From: Psilocybe cubensis
Taxonomy: Eukaryota
Direction: 5' to 3'
DNA: 64,000 bases
NCBI GenBank assembly: GCA_017499595.2
Contig: CM039007.1
Location: 1,798,001-1,862,000 of the forward strand
Below are positions 1 to 12,558 of the stretch, one piece after another (within the stretch, counting starts at the first letter, position 1; the number at the start of each line of letters is the position of its first letter). The notes beneath the pieces were generated by a model. It saw only the letters and a program-made list of their open reading frames with translations, was not told where the DNA came from and did no database searches. The position numbers were made by a program, and so were the translations under genes.

Positions 1-394
1 CCATTGCTGAACGGTTGCCGATGACATCGCCCCTCTTCTTTTGTTCAAAAATTCTCTTTGGATAAAAAACGAATTCTAGAACCGAATCTTGAAAGCGGGG
101 CAAACATTGACTGCTGTAAATTATACCGAGATAATCGTCCTGAATATGAAAGACTCGTGCGAGAATCTATTAGGGAGCAATTAGGGCTGTAGGAAGGGTT
201 GTCCTGTCAGAAAGTTTGATATACAAAGTTTGTACTATAAGTGTGGTTATCCATTGATAAGAAGCAAAAAAGATCTAAAGTTCATTCTTCGTCCTCGGTC
301 GGGAACCCCAATAGGAGAAAATGGCACATCAAGGTATGGAAAAAAACATCTCCGCCCAAATGCGCTATTTTCAGAATAGGGATTTGGTACAGAG

Positions 395-2079
395 CTATGA
401 GTCCTGGTGTTTCTTGTATACCCTCGGGTTTAACGGCTTTCCCATAATATGACGTTCAACATAGTCATTGCGAAAAATACCACTGGGATCAACCTTCTCC
501 ATGACTTGTCTGAAATCATCGAAACGTGGGTATAATTTCCGTAGAGAATCGGGGCGCAGACGGTGAGCTTTGGCCCAATGTGGACGGCCGTGATGCTGGA
601 CAACAATATCTTCGTATGCTTTGAAAAGCTTCCGATATGGCACATTGAATCCGTATGGTCTATTGAAATATAGGAGCCATGGATAAGATAACAAAACATA
701 TAAAGACAAAAGTAGTTCGAACGCACTTATATTGGACGATTCCGATCCAGCATGTGCGCTGACCACTGCTCGGGCTCAGCCAAATGTCATCGCTGGCAGA
801 GAATCGAATTTCGATGGGGAAATGTGGGCGAATTCCATCTGGATTCTGGTATTCTTTATTCAGATAATCGCGTAGTTCACGTAGACATGCTTGCGCGTTC
901 TCGTAGGGAATAGCCCACTCTGTGGTGTGCTGGGGGTACTGCGCAAAATATTAAAAATCGCGTGATAATGACGTCAGTAAACCTGAGACTCACCCTGCAA
1001 TCGACGTTGAAAATCTTGTAGCTATCGTCGATCCCTACAGTATCCCCGCTTGATAACCAGGAGGCAAAGTTTGCAACCCATGTATTTAGGAAAAGGAAGT
1101 ATCGCCCCAGGAACAATAAGAATTGAACGACATGGTATCCCATCACCGTGTGCCACCACCAGCTACCTGCAGGTTTTTTAGGCTACGATCAAGCAGAAAA
1201 GTCAGTTAGTGAGAATAGAATGGAAAGAAAGATATCGGAAGAACCTCGTCTGTGCGATTAGCATAACTGCAACGTATCGTTCCATTTGATGGATACCACC
1301 ACAGGCGGACATGCTCAGCCGAATGCACAATTTTGTCCAGATTCTGTACAACATCGTCAAATGGCAATGTCTGCTGCAACTCTTTCAGTCTATACGCGGG
1401 CTCGACCTCCAGTTGAATGCTGAGAATGATGCCTGTCGTGCCGAGACCGCATATCGACGCCAAAAAGAGATCGGCATGCTCGTTGCGAGAACAGGTGATT
1501 CGAGACCCGTCTGCGAGCAGCAGCGATAGGGCCATTACATTTGTCGAAATGACGCCATAGGTCATCCCGGAGCCGTGCGTCGCGGTCGTTACGACGCCAG
1601 CCAAGGACTGCTCGGATATGGACCCGAGGTTGATCATCGCGAGGTTGTTTTTCTGAAGCTGCGCGTGCAGGTCGTTAAGGGTGATCCCTCCTTGAGCGAC
1701 GACGTATCGTTTCTCTGTGTTAACCTGTATGTGTCAAATGAGGCCCGATATATGATAAAAACAGTCAAAGCAGACGCACCTCGAGAACCCGATTGAGCTT
1801 GGTAGTGCGCAACATGAATTCGTTCGTGCAAGCGAGATCGCTAGGACTATGGCCGACACCAGCTACTCTGAGTGTCTTCCCCTCCCTGCGAGCAAGCTCT
1901 AGAACGAGTTCGCACTGGAATTCGTTCTCTGGCTCGAAGATAGACGACGGTGTACAGACAAAAGTACGACCCCAGTTGGTGAAGCGTGCATGTTCCTTGG
2001 ACACGGTAATAGGCTCGAGCAGATTGTAGAGGTTATTGAGGGGTATATCACTGGGTCTAGCAGTGAGTTGGGAGGGCAT
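395..2079 (-). CDS. ALO1: D-arabinono-1,4-lactone oxidase / L-gulonolactone oxidase family FAD oxidoreductase (multi-exon)
   Basis: Exons encode FTNWGRTF, the GVGHSPSD FAD-attachment motif, NLGSISEQSLAGVVTTATHGSG, AEHVRLWWYP and the C-terminal GRPHWAK ALO signature. ATG at 2079, TAG at 395-397. Confidence 0.93.
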
Positions 2080-2598
2080 GGCTGAGATAGGGATGGATAT
2101 AAAATACACACCGTTATATTTTTTTGCTCGGCGGGTTTTTATATTGCCAAACAGGAGGTCGCTGAGAGCTGACAATTGCTCTCGATCACTCGTATGTCTT
2201 GCTCGCCAATTGCCGCCACCTCCCGGATATCCCCGGATTTCTCTGGACCACCAAAGTCACTCACCGAGAAACAGGGCCTTGGACTCTCCGATAAGGCCAC
2301 CACCCGTGGAACCAATCGTATTATAGAAAGCCAATCTCGGGGCTCCCTTTCATTTTCCTTCCCGATACGATTTGCCTTTCCTGAATGGATCGATCTCTGC
2401 ATATTCCTGCCTAGCAAGTCTCTCAGTAGATACATTCGGCTTCTCGACAGGCTAGCCATGATAACGCCATCTTCACACCAGGAGCTACCTACACCAGCGA
2501 ACCACATAGCGCCTTACTCAACGGACGAACGTAAAATGTTGTCAAAGAAAGAAAATAAACCATTAGTCCAGCAATAAAATACATATCCAATCATAAGA

Positions 2599-5500
2599 TC
2601 AATCCATAAAATCAAACGTAACCCTTCAACGCAAGGTAGATCAGCCTAGGTAGAAGAGGAAGCAGGAAAACCAGAAGCAAACCTTCCCCATTCCTGATTG
2701 TTAAACAATACAATTCCACGGACTTCGGCGCTGTCCAGCTCCAAGCCCAGCTCAAATTCTATAGCGATTGATTGTGACGTTCATTAGAAACCGAACTTGC
2801 TCTCGAAGCAAGCAGAACCATCAATTATTGACACACCTGTATAGAATCCGCCCATCTGGGGCCCACCCACAGAGTTCTGGCGGGCAGCCACGTTCTCGCG
2901 GAAGGTCGGTAGAGAAGACAGGTCGACCGTCCACTTACACAGCTCAGTCGTCTCACCTTCGTCCGTGTACCTCATAATCTTATCCGAATCACTGGTGTAC
3001 AACGTAGCGACGAACGAAGAATCTACAACGGCCTTATGTAAGTCCCTCATTGCACGGTCGTTCGATGCATAAGCCGTTCACTTGCCTTGCACGGTCTGCG
3101 AGAATTTGCTACAAACATAGCAACGTTAGGTCCAAAAGGAGATTTGAAAGACAGAAGAAAATAGTCATAACTTACCAGAATTTCGTTGTCAGACGTTGCC
3201 TGAACCGAAAAAATGTGAACACCACATAATTAAAGCGATCGAGTGGATGACATACCCTTTGCGGAGTATTGCCCCCTTGGACACAAGGTATTGCAACCTA
3301 AGCCGCCGGTTCGAACAGAGCGGAAATAATCAATATAAAAATGCAGCGCAGCGCACCTATTTTCGCAGATCGGGACACCAGCGTCATTGTTCCTTATATA
3401 CGCAGGTCGCTTCAGCCAGTCCTCCTGCTCAGCCGGCAGTTTGACCTGAGAGAAAAGCACCAGGTTGCCATCAGTATAACGTTAAAAATTGGGCATTGAT
3501 GCTCCTCGCCATGCACCTTCATGAGATACGAGCGAGGGGCGATTACACTCGAAACAAGGGGGCGCCGTGCTAACCCATAAGAAGCTGCACCTCTAAGAGT
3601 AGCTGTGTCTGCGTCAGGAGGTCGAGCGATGACTCGGATCCGATTCGAGAATTGTTCCTGTGTGTCCAAAATATCAATGAATTTCCCCCGAGCTCCAGAA
3701 CATCACTAATAAAAGAAAATAAATATACACCTGAACACGTTGCTTCAAATATTCGCTTCCGGCGAAACCTCCCACAAGAAGGAGCGCATGGATAGGCTGA
3801 TCCACTCTTGCGATTTGGTCTTCAATTAGTTGCAGTACCTTGAACGGACAAAATATAACCAGAGTTAAATTTAGAACAAAAGTCCGCGAATCAGCCATCA
3901 GGCAAAAATAGAACCACTAACCTCGTTTACCACGGGGTCAAAAACTTCTCTGCGCAACAGTATGCCCGGGATGGACAGTTCTCCGTTGATTAACCCAACG
4001 GAAGGGTCGTGGGGGTCGTCAACGTTGAAGCATGTGAAATGGAACATATTTTCTGAAATCAAAATTCAAATGTCATAAAAAATCAATTCAATCCCCAGCC
4101 GCTGTTTATCCACACACCATCATCCTGGACACCAGTGTAGCTCAATTTCTCCGTTTCGCTAAACGAATGCACTGCCCAGTTGAAGAGATGACAGTATAGG
4201 TTAGATTAATCTTCAAAATTAGAATATCTGAATGCCACTGACTGAAGTATGCCAATGAAGGTGAATCCAAATGTGTTGGATGGTCAGCCAGAAGGGTCTA
4301 TGCAATATGAATCAGTACGTCAATATTTTATCCTTCATTCGCGTTGCTCGCAAAAGCAGTGGAACTGACCTTGACAAGCTCGCGGAATCTGAAGTCAAGG
4401 AAAAGACTTCCACAATTGGCACCTGAGCGTGCACACATTTCCGCGATTTCGAGGTTCGCCATTTGTCCAATAATCTAAGCAAAAGCGTACATAACCATTT
4501 CCGCGGAAGTGAGCAAGGGCACAGAAGCGTTGAAGCATGAGGTAAAAGATCAATAAATATAAACTTGTAGCCCACATGCAACGATAATGCCGACCTTGTA
4601 AACAGCGAGGTCAACAGTACCTCCTCCTGCATCGCAGACAATGAAGTTTTGAGAGGGTTTGAGATGATGAAGGTCGTTGAGTTGTGCACAGTGTACAGCA
4701 GCTGCCTCTGGCTCTGTGATAATCCTAAGACGCTCTCTCCAGTTTGTGTCTCCTGCATGCGAGCTTTGGACAAGCCCAGCGGTGATTGCAGCCTCTCTCA
4801 TTATGTCGCAGCCCTTAGCATCCCAGGCAGCAGGCACTGTAAGCCAGACATCGGCGGTATCTGAAATGTCGGACAGAAATGTCAATTATGGTTTTACAGA
4901 CTAGGTTAGATTCAAATTCTACTGCACTCACTGAGATCGGCAACAGCTCCAATTTCCCTGGTTATTTGGTCCTTTGCATATTCCCAAAGGCAGCTAAGAA
5001 AGTCAACAATAAGGTCAAGAGGTTTTTTGCCTGCCTATAGATACACAAAGAACAGTAAGATGTGATGCCTTTAGGTGCTGTCACCTAGTTCTTAAAATTG
5101 CTCACGGGAATGGCAGGAAGGCGAGGATCGATGGCACCCTCGTCTCGAAGGGCTTGAGGCTCAAGGAAAAGCTTGAACCATTCGCATCGGGTGACTCCTG
5201 GAAGTTGTCCAGTGTTCTTGGCTTCTAATCCCCATGCAAGTACTCTCCCAAACTCATCGTAAAGCAGACAGGTGGGTATCTATGTGGCAGGTTTGACATC
5301 CTATCGTAATACACTCGAGATAGTTCCGAACCTTTCTGAAAGTTTCAAACGATCCGGGCCATTGCAAGATTTGTTGCACTTTTCCACCAGCAATGCGTGA
5401 TGACCCAAATGCCTAATAAAAACTTTCAGAATGTGCATTTGGGTAAATTGCAAGCACTTACGACACCAGAGAAAGTCGTACCTAGCAGGGGATGTGACGA

Positions 5501-6022
5501 TTGAGACAGAAGTCAAATGGAATGAAAGGCTTGTTACGAACCAAAATCAATAGAGATGGACATCTTTCCTTCGTCTGGAGCAGGGACAATTGATTGACTA
5601 TTCGGTAGTGGTGGAGTTGAGATCGACATGTTGCGATTATGAGCCGACCCAGGGCGCATCAGAGGCGCATTTGAAGCAGAAAAGCCATTGTTGACGTTAA
5701 ATGATGCGCCATTATAAGTCCCATTGACCGCGGTGTTCGTCGATGCGCCATTCATTTGAGCAAAGTCATTCATTGGTGGCGGTGACGGGGATCCTCCCCA
5801 TCCGGTCTGCTGCTGCTGAATGATCTGTTGCTGCTGCCCATTCACCGAGAAAGCGTTCGCATGAATTGCAGGAGGTGGTGAAATGCTCGGTTGCTGGAAA
5901 TACTGGGGTTTCTCGAGCCCGGGGGTGTATCCGGGTTGATTGACGATCGTCCCGCCGGTATGCTGAGGCAAAGCTCTGTTTTGTGGAGGATTGGCGTCTT
6001 TAGGCTCGCCACAACAGCTCAT
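2599..6022 (-). CDS. Atypical fungal Hsp70-like (HSPA12-type) actin-like ATPase with Gln/Pro-rich N-terminus (multi-exon)
   Basis: Motifs SISIDFG(TT), RKIPTCLLYD, LTVPAAWD, ITEPEAAA, VCDAGGGTVD and LVGGFAGSEYL. Last exons read ELDSAEVRG...WGRVTFDFMD*, with TGA at 2599-2601. Confidence 0.88.
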
Positions 6023-8005
6023 GGTGGTTCAAAGTCGAGAGTTTAGGTCGATACCGACAGTCGCGGTCGGGATAAACCCTGCTGGATTGACTGAAGACAG
6101 CGGGCGTCTCCCAACAATTGGGTGCCTGAGTGGCTGTGTGTGATAGATCCCTGGCGGTGTTTACTCATCAATTGATCAACCTTTCGCAGGAAATGCGATA
6201 TATTTTGGGAGCTTCAAGTCGAGCAGTGGAATGTTCATGCTGGTGGTCGCCTATCGATTAGAATATTCAAGTTGAAAAGAAATACATAGGGAAAACATAC
6301 CGAGGCAAAATTAGCAAATATACCAGTAGTTAGCAATTCGATCATTATTGAATAACGTCGATCCTGAAGTTGTTGACATGTCAAGCTGACAGACTTGAGC
6401 GCGTATCCTGGCATTTAACACTGATTCCATTGTCGCTACAGCGTCAAGCAGATATGATCGTTTGCAAGAAATAACCGACTGTTCCACTGGAAAAAATCAG
6501 TAGGTAGACTTTCAATTTCCGTCGACGTTGAAGCCACTACGAAGTCTTAGGAAATCTCTCTCAATAATGATTGTGCCTGCATTTATACAACGGTAAGAGA
6601 AAAGGACCGGTTACAAAGACAAGACCCTGTCTCGGCAGTTTTCTCGGTCATATTGACGTCGTGCATTGCTTTGCTCAACGCAAACAACAAAATTTTGTGA
6701 AGCAGAAGGGTGGGCCAATAATGAAAGTTGCAGGCAATTTTTAGGAGGACCGAACGGCGAACAAACAGCTATTCCATCAGCGCTCTCCCCGCCTTCATTT
6801 ACCACTTATATGTACGGCAATCATGATTTACATTGAGGCCTAGTCAACAAATTTGTATCGGAAAGTCAGGTCCGAGTAAGTGAATGGTATGGGACAAATA
6901 GACGGTCGCAATCTATGCGAGTATACATACTCCTGCTTGCAACATGCTTGCTGACAAGAGTTCGTTCCATTCTGTCTCTTATCATCGGGTAAACGTGCCG
7001 TAGTTTTGACATCTTTTAATCTGATAAAAAGAGAAATATTACCAACTATTCTCAGAAGCAACCCGCCCCTCCGATATTCGACCAAGTCCTGCGCAGGCAC
7101 CATTTATGAATTGAATCGTAGTGAGGTTTCACCTCCGCAGTCACCATACGAAGAAGCGGTACTGGATCGAATGCCACGTCCAGTAGAAAAGTAGATGCAG
7201 CTCAGAATGCACCCCCTAAATCAAGGCGAAGCAGCCTGCATTAGTCTCAGAGCTCCTTCAATTAGATGTTGTTTAGTTGTTGTTGCGGAGTCCGACCGGA
7301 GATCATTCGATTGGCCATGGAGCGCTGTCAGGACTTCCGCGGGACTAGAAGAGACAAAACCAACTGTCAGAAAGCATTCATGGAGGTGAATACCATAGAA
7401 TCGTCTGCAGACACACGATCATTATTGAGTCCGCTAGGGCCTGACTGAAGGCGATCCGGCGGATCCTACAATGCGGTATGCTTCAACGGCATTGGACGAT
7501 ACTGTGCGACGCAGAAGCAGTAATTCTTGTATCCATGTAAAAGGTTAAGCTTGGACATTGAATGAGTTGACAGAGAAGCTATTCTATGAAAAATTGTCCT
7601 CGAGAAGTAGGCAGACAGTAAAGCAACTGTAATGTGGATTTTAGAGTGGGTGGGCAGACAAAGATAATAGCTGTTACTCCACATTTTCCCTAGCCTTTCT
7701 GATATAAAGCCAACGGATATATTAGTAAAAAAACATTCAACTCGAGAGCAATAGCGTCCGGTTTCGGGAAGAAAAGACACAGATATAAACCGAAAGAACA
7801 TGGTGGTATGGAACGGCAGGTGGCTGAAAATAGGACACGATTGATGAGATCATGGACGGAGTTGGAATTATCAGAGCGGCACCCAAAGCAGGCAAAGCAG
7901 CAACGATTCAAACGTTCACTCAAGCGGTCCCAAGGTCATCCACGAACTGTCGTTTCTCTGAAATTCTGCCCCAAACCAGGGTTAATAGCCGCCTTGCATA
8001 TCTCC

Positions 8006-8381
8006 ATGGCATCTCAGTCTACAAAGGCTCTCTCCCAGAAACTCACCGTAATTGCGGAGACATGGATAAAAGACCCGTTTAGACCAAATCTTCAGCTCCA
8101 GACTTTCCTCAAGTCGCTCGCTGCGCATCCAAGGCTGACTCCGAAGGCTGTAGAGGCTACACGTGCTTTGCGAGACGATGTTATGCATCAAAAGGTTGCC
8201 CTTCTACCTCGAGACCTTGCTTAATGCTGTCCTAACTGTATATTTAAAGTACCCGTTGTCTCCAAGGATGCTTCGACCCGCTACTTCTCCTATGCACTAC
8301 GAAAGGCTCGTTGAAGGGTTCGAGAAGAGTGCTCAGGGAATAGGCAGACCATGGTGGAAGGTGTTCTTTGGAATTTGGTGA
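8006..8381 (+). CDS. Small mitochondrial protein, Cbp6/UQCC2-like cytochrome b assembly factor (2 exons)
   Basis: Spliced about 106 aa: WIKDPFRP...ALRDDVMHQK|YPLSPRMLRPATSPMHYERL...RPWWKVFF, a pattern resembling fungal Cbp6. One short intron at about 8195-8249. Confidence 0.65.
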
Positions 8382-8999
8382 ACGCGTGAACCCCTTGCTT
8401 CAAGACTCAAAAGGTCCTTCCGGTTGTTCGCGTTTCATTGCATAAGCTTACCCATTTTCTTCCACCGTTCATATCAGTATCTTGCTACTTTATTAGCTTA
8501 ATCATATCCTATTGCTCGGGATTTTCGAGCTTTGTTGCTTTCGGTCTTTCTTGTGAATCCCAATGGAATCCTCGAATGCGATTTCAATCTAGGTCAACAT
8601 ATCCTGAGAATGGCCAATCACTGATTTAATTGATATTCTTTGAATACCGCCCACCCGATTCACATTCATGGAATTGATGCCCACCAATATGGCCCACACA
8701 TCTCGGCGCTGCACGACGACACAAAACGGATCCTATTTTGCTTTCAACCTACTTGTTGTGGTTGATCTCTGGATATTGGCGTGGTCTCATGATTGATTTC
8801 TCCACGTGTGGAAAATATCCGGGAGTCTGACTCTGACAATATTCATATCTTGAAGGAATAAACTCTGGCAGACGGCAGACATCAGTCTTAATTTTATCTA
8901 CGACATAACATCCCTCTACACAGCGAAATCAAACGCCACAGGAAAATGTCGACGACCGACGTCATTTTCTCCCACTGACATGAAATATACCTTTCGGGC

Positions 9000-11856
9000 T
9001 CAATCCTCTTCCAAGATCTCATCTTCACCATGCCGTGCCTATCGAAATCAACAGTCAGTCACTTTCCCAACGCGAATAGCAGAAAACAGGTTCAAAACAC
9101 CCACCTTTTCCACCAATTTCCGGCGTTTTTCCCGCGTTTTTCTTTGGACTTTGAGATACTTGCCGAGCGGTGTGTCGCTTTCGAGCTTGGGCTTGATAGC
9201 CCTCTCCCACTCCTGAACATCACCCAGGCGAGACGGTGCGAAATGCACAGTTTTCCTCTTCTCTTCCATCCATTTCGAGCTCTCTTCCAGCCGCTCCAAA
9301 AACACTTTAACCAGCGTCTGCTCTTTGCCACCTGCAGAACCGGTCTTTGAATTCTTCCCGGTCTTCAGGCTCTTCCTCAGAAGGACCAGAATGGGCACGA
9401 CAATCTCAGGGAAAGCGACACTGCCGTGCACAGGCGCGCTCGCCAGCCATTCCGCCAGCAAGAATACCGACTCTTCGCTAATGCCCTCTAGGAGCACACG
9501 CGTCTTGACGTACTGCTGGGGCACCCTGATCTGCACCTCCAGATCCAACGGACGGAGTGTCGATGCTTTTGGTCGAGTGGACGGAGTCAGACATGAGGCG
9601 ATGATGGGGACAAGGTACGACGAGAGAGGAATATACGTTTGTGTGTGCTTAGTAAGGTGGAGAAGGGAGCGGATGATCTGAAGATGGAAGGGATGCGATC
9701 GACTGTTGGGTACGAGCCTAAAAATTGAACATACAAAGTAAGTCAAAAATTCGGGCAGTAATCAACCAAAAGGAAGGGGAGGACCAAGCCAAGACTGTAG
9801 TAGATTTAGAAAAAAAAATGACACGTACTTGATGGCTCCAAGGCATACTTGAACTAGAGGGTAGATGAGGGGTCGGAGCTCGCTCTGTTTACCATTGGCT
9901 TCTTCAGAATGGACATCACATGCCCGTGCAAGCACAATTGACCAGAAGTCGACACAGTGCGCGAATTGCCAATTATAAACCTGTTTAAAAGCTTCCTACA
10001 AGCCAAAAGAACGAAATTAATTCGTTATAACTGGGATGTGTGTGATGTCATACCTTGGACTTAATTTTCATGCTGTTTCTTAGATGGATGGCAAGTTGGC
10101 GAATATAACCGAACGCATGCTGGTAGGCAGTAGCATGGTCCAAGCAAAAGACTTCTGAAGCAGAGTTCTTCATCAAGTTTATTGAAGGCAAGGTGAAAGC
10201 GCTTGTCGATTTCGACGAACGAAGGAGAGTAAGGTACGTTGACTTGCAAGATACAAAATTTAAGATCGTGATAATGAAAACAAAGGAAGAGCATACCTTC
10301 ATGATGTTGTCGATTATTGACTCGTCGGACGAAGCTGCAAGTCTTCGCACAGAAAGGAATGCTGCAATGCGTATACTGTCGGCGCCGTTAGACCATAATT
10401 CCAAGCATTTCTAAAAGTTGCCTAGGTTTCAGATATCATCACTTTGACATGACATCGTAACATACCTTGAGATATGCTTTTACTGATTTTCTGCTGCTAA
10501 TGATATATGGCACCAGCTTCGCGCTTTCAGTCAAAGCCAGCCTAAGGGTTTCTTCGTCGGTCAATTGTGATAAGATATATGTGGCATTGTGGAAATGGGA
10601 AAGAATGAGTTTTTGCAGGGTCTTGAATTTTGGGGTCTGAGTTGGGGGTTTGCTGGACAGAAAACGGTCAGATAGGCAAATGAGAAGTACAGAATGGTGA
10701 TTCGAACAATTTGCCGTTTGCGAGAGTTTTATAGGGCACGTGGTGTTCTAATACCACAGGTGTATATCGCAGCGTTGTGGTGACCAGTTTGTTGTATACT
10801 GATGACCAAAAGTGCAGCTTGTTCAATACTCATTTGTAAGGATGAACTGGATAGACTCACCTGAAGAACTATCAATAGCCCATGCCAGAACCCGACCATC
10901 CTCGTTCAAGTGCGCCGCAGAACGGAAGGCTATGAGTAGTTTACGAAGAGCACGTAATGATCTTTGCTACAAGAAACGAACACGGGATTGGGGTTAGCCA
11001 GTTATAGCTAAGAAGAAATCACTCTTTACACACCTCCAACAGTGATTTTTGCCACTTTTTGATTTGTTCCTTCGTCAGAACAGGCGTTTTCTCTTCTTCT
11101 TCCATATCCACATCTTCGTCTTCACCTTCCTCATCGGAGGAGTCGTCAGGGATAGCATCTGGGTTGAATTCTAGAAGTTCTTTGTCATTTTCCTGAAGGT
11201 ATTTGTAAAATTCGGGATCTTTTTCTGCGAGTTTCGATAGTTCGAGCATATGGTTTTCGCCATCCTCTATTTCAGCAAAGAAATGGTCAGAGACCCTTGA
11301 CCGACCAAAGACATAACTTCGCACCGTCCAAGTCGTCCACTGAGGCAAACGAGCCATCGTCATCCGATTCTCCTTCTCCCCCTTCAAAATCATCATCTTC
11401 AGAATCGTTTCCGCCCCCCATCTGAGCATTATGGAAGCCAAATGAGCATTTATTAAGCAAAAGCAATTGAGGTGGACATACACCGACATCTTGGTCTTCA
11501 TCTCCAAGACCGTCGTCGTCACTCTGGTCCATAAAGTCTCCAGAAAGGAAACTATCCACTGTCATCCTCTTCTGCGACCTGTATAACGCGTAGAAACTAA
11601 ATACCAAACACGATGTATCGGTCAGTGCGAATTGAAAGTGACTTTACTTTTTGGTGGATGGTGCTACCTGCTCCTCGGCCTCATCTTCTTCATCGTCCCT
11701 ATCATCTGCACGGTCTTTCCCTTTCCCTCCTTTGTTTCCCCGTCGCGCAGCAAACTTCTTAGCAATTTGTTGCTTTTTGCGGCGCGCCTCGATCGTCTTC
11801 TTTAGTTGTCCACTGGCGACAAACTTCTTTGTCGCTTTGGTCGCTTTTTTGCCCAT
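9000..11856 (-). CDS. NOC2: Nucleolar complex protein 2 (ribosome biogenesis), multi-exon
   Basis: [12 protein letters not shown] start, acidic tracts, [53 protein letters not shown] and [10 protein letters not shown]. Ends EDEILEED*. Confidence 0.95.
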
Positions 11857-12558
11857 TATTCAAGGCTGGGTGTATGACGTGAGGTAATGTAGATGGATGA
11901 TATTCGCGAAAGCCTGCGAAAAGCGTCTCGCTCTTTGAATCTATTGTCAAAGACACTTGAAATAACGAGCAAAGATTTCCAAAGGAATGAGCTATTACAT
12001 AATCAAGTCAATTTCTTCCGGATGAACGTGATCAAGCTATTTCTGGCTTATCGTTTCGACTGCACTCCGATTCACCCAATTATTTTGTTTCACAGGTACC
12101 CTTACTGTTTTTATGAAGTCATTGCATTGGGTTAATATTACTGAAGCCAAACATCCCTCATTGCATATCTTCTGGTACTAGGGACACTAATGATGTGCGA
12201 GATCTCCGCGTTAACGCAGTCGACGCTTTCTTGCCAAGCTAATGAAATATGTACCCTTGCCTATCTGCACCACTTTTGAGAACTTCTCGAGTGCTTCCAG
12301 TCTCCCGTGCGTCAACAATTACAGAACAGCTATCTTTAAAAAAAATAACCCATCGGATTTGACAATTGTTTGGATCTATTGTCATTCCAAATTAGCCTGT
12401 ATGACTGTCATGTTTGAAAGAGTTGATATCAGAGATGGTTGTTAGTACATTAATACAGAACGGATGTACGTAAATCCAAGCAGGACTTGAAAGTCTTCTT
12501 GCCGTTTGTCAAGGTGGGGTTTTCTGTTGCTCGCCGATAAGAAGAGAATTTAGGCCTT

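Noticed and set aside
6100-7990. Short ORFs in the 2-kb region between the Hsp70-like and Cbp6-like genes
   Set aside because: No recognisable motifs, and I could not build a coherent spliced model.
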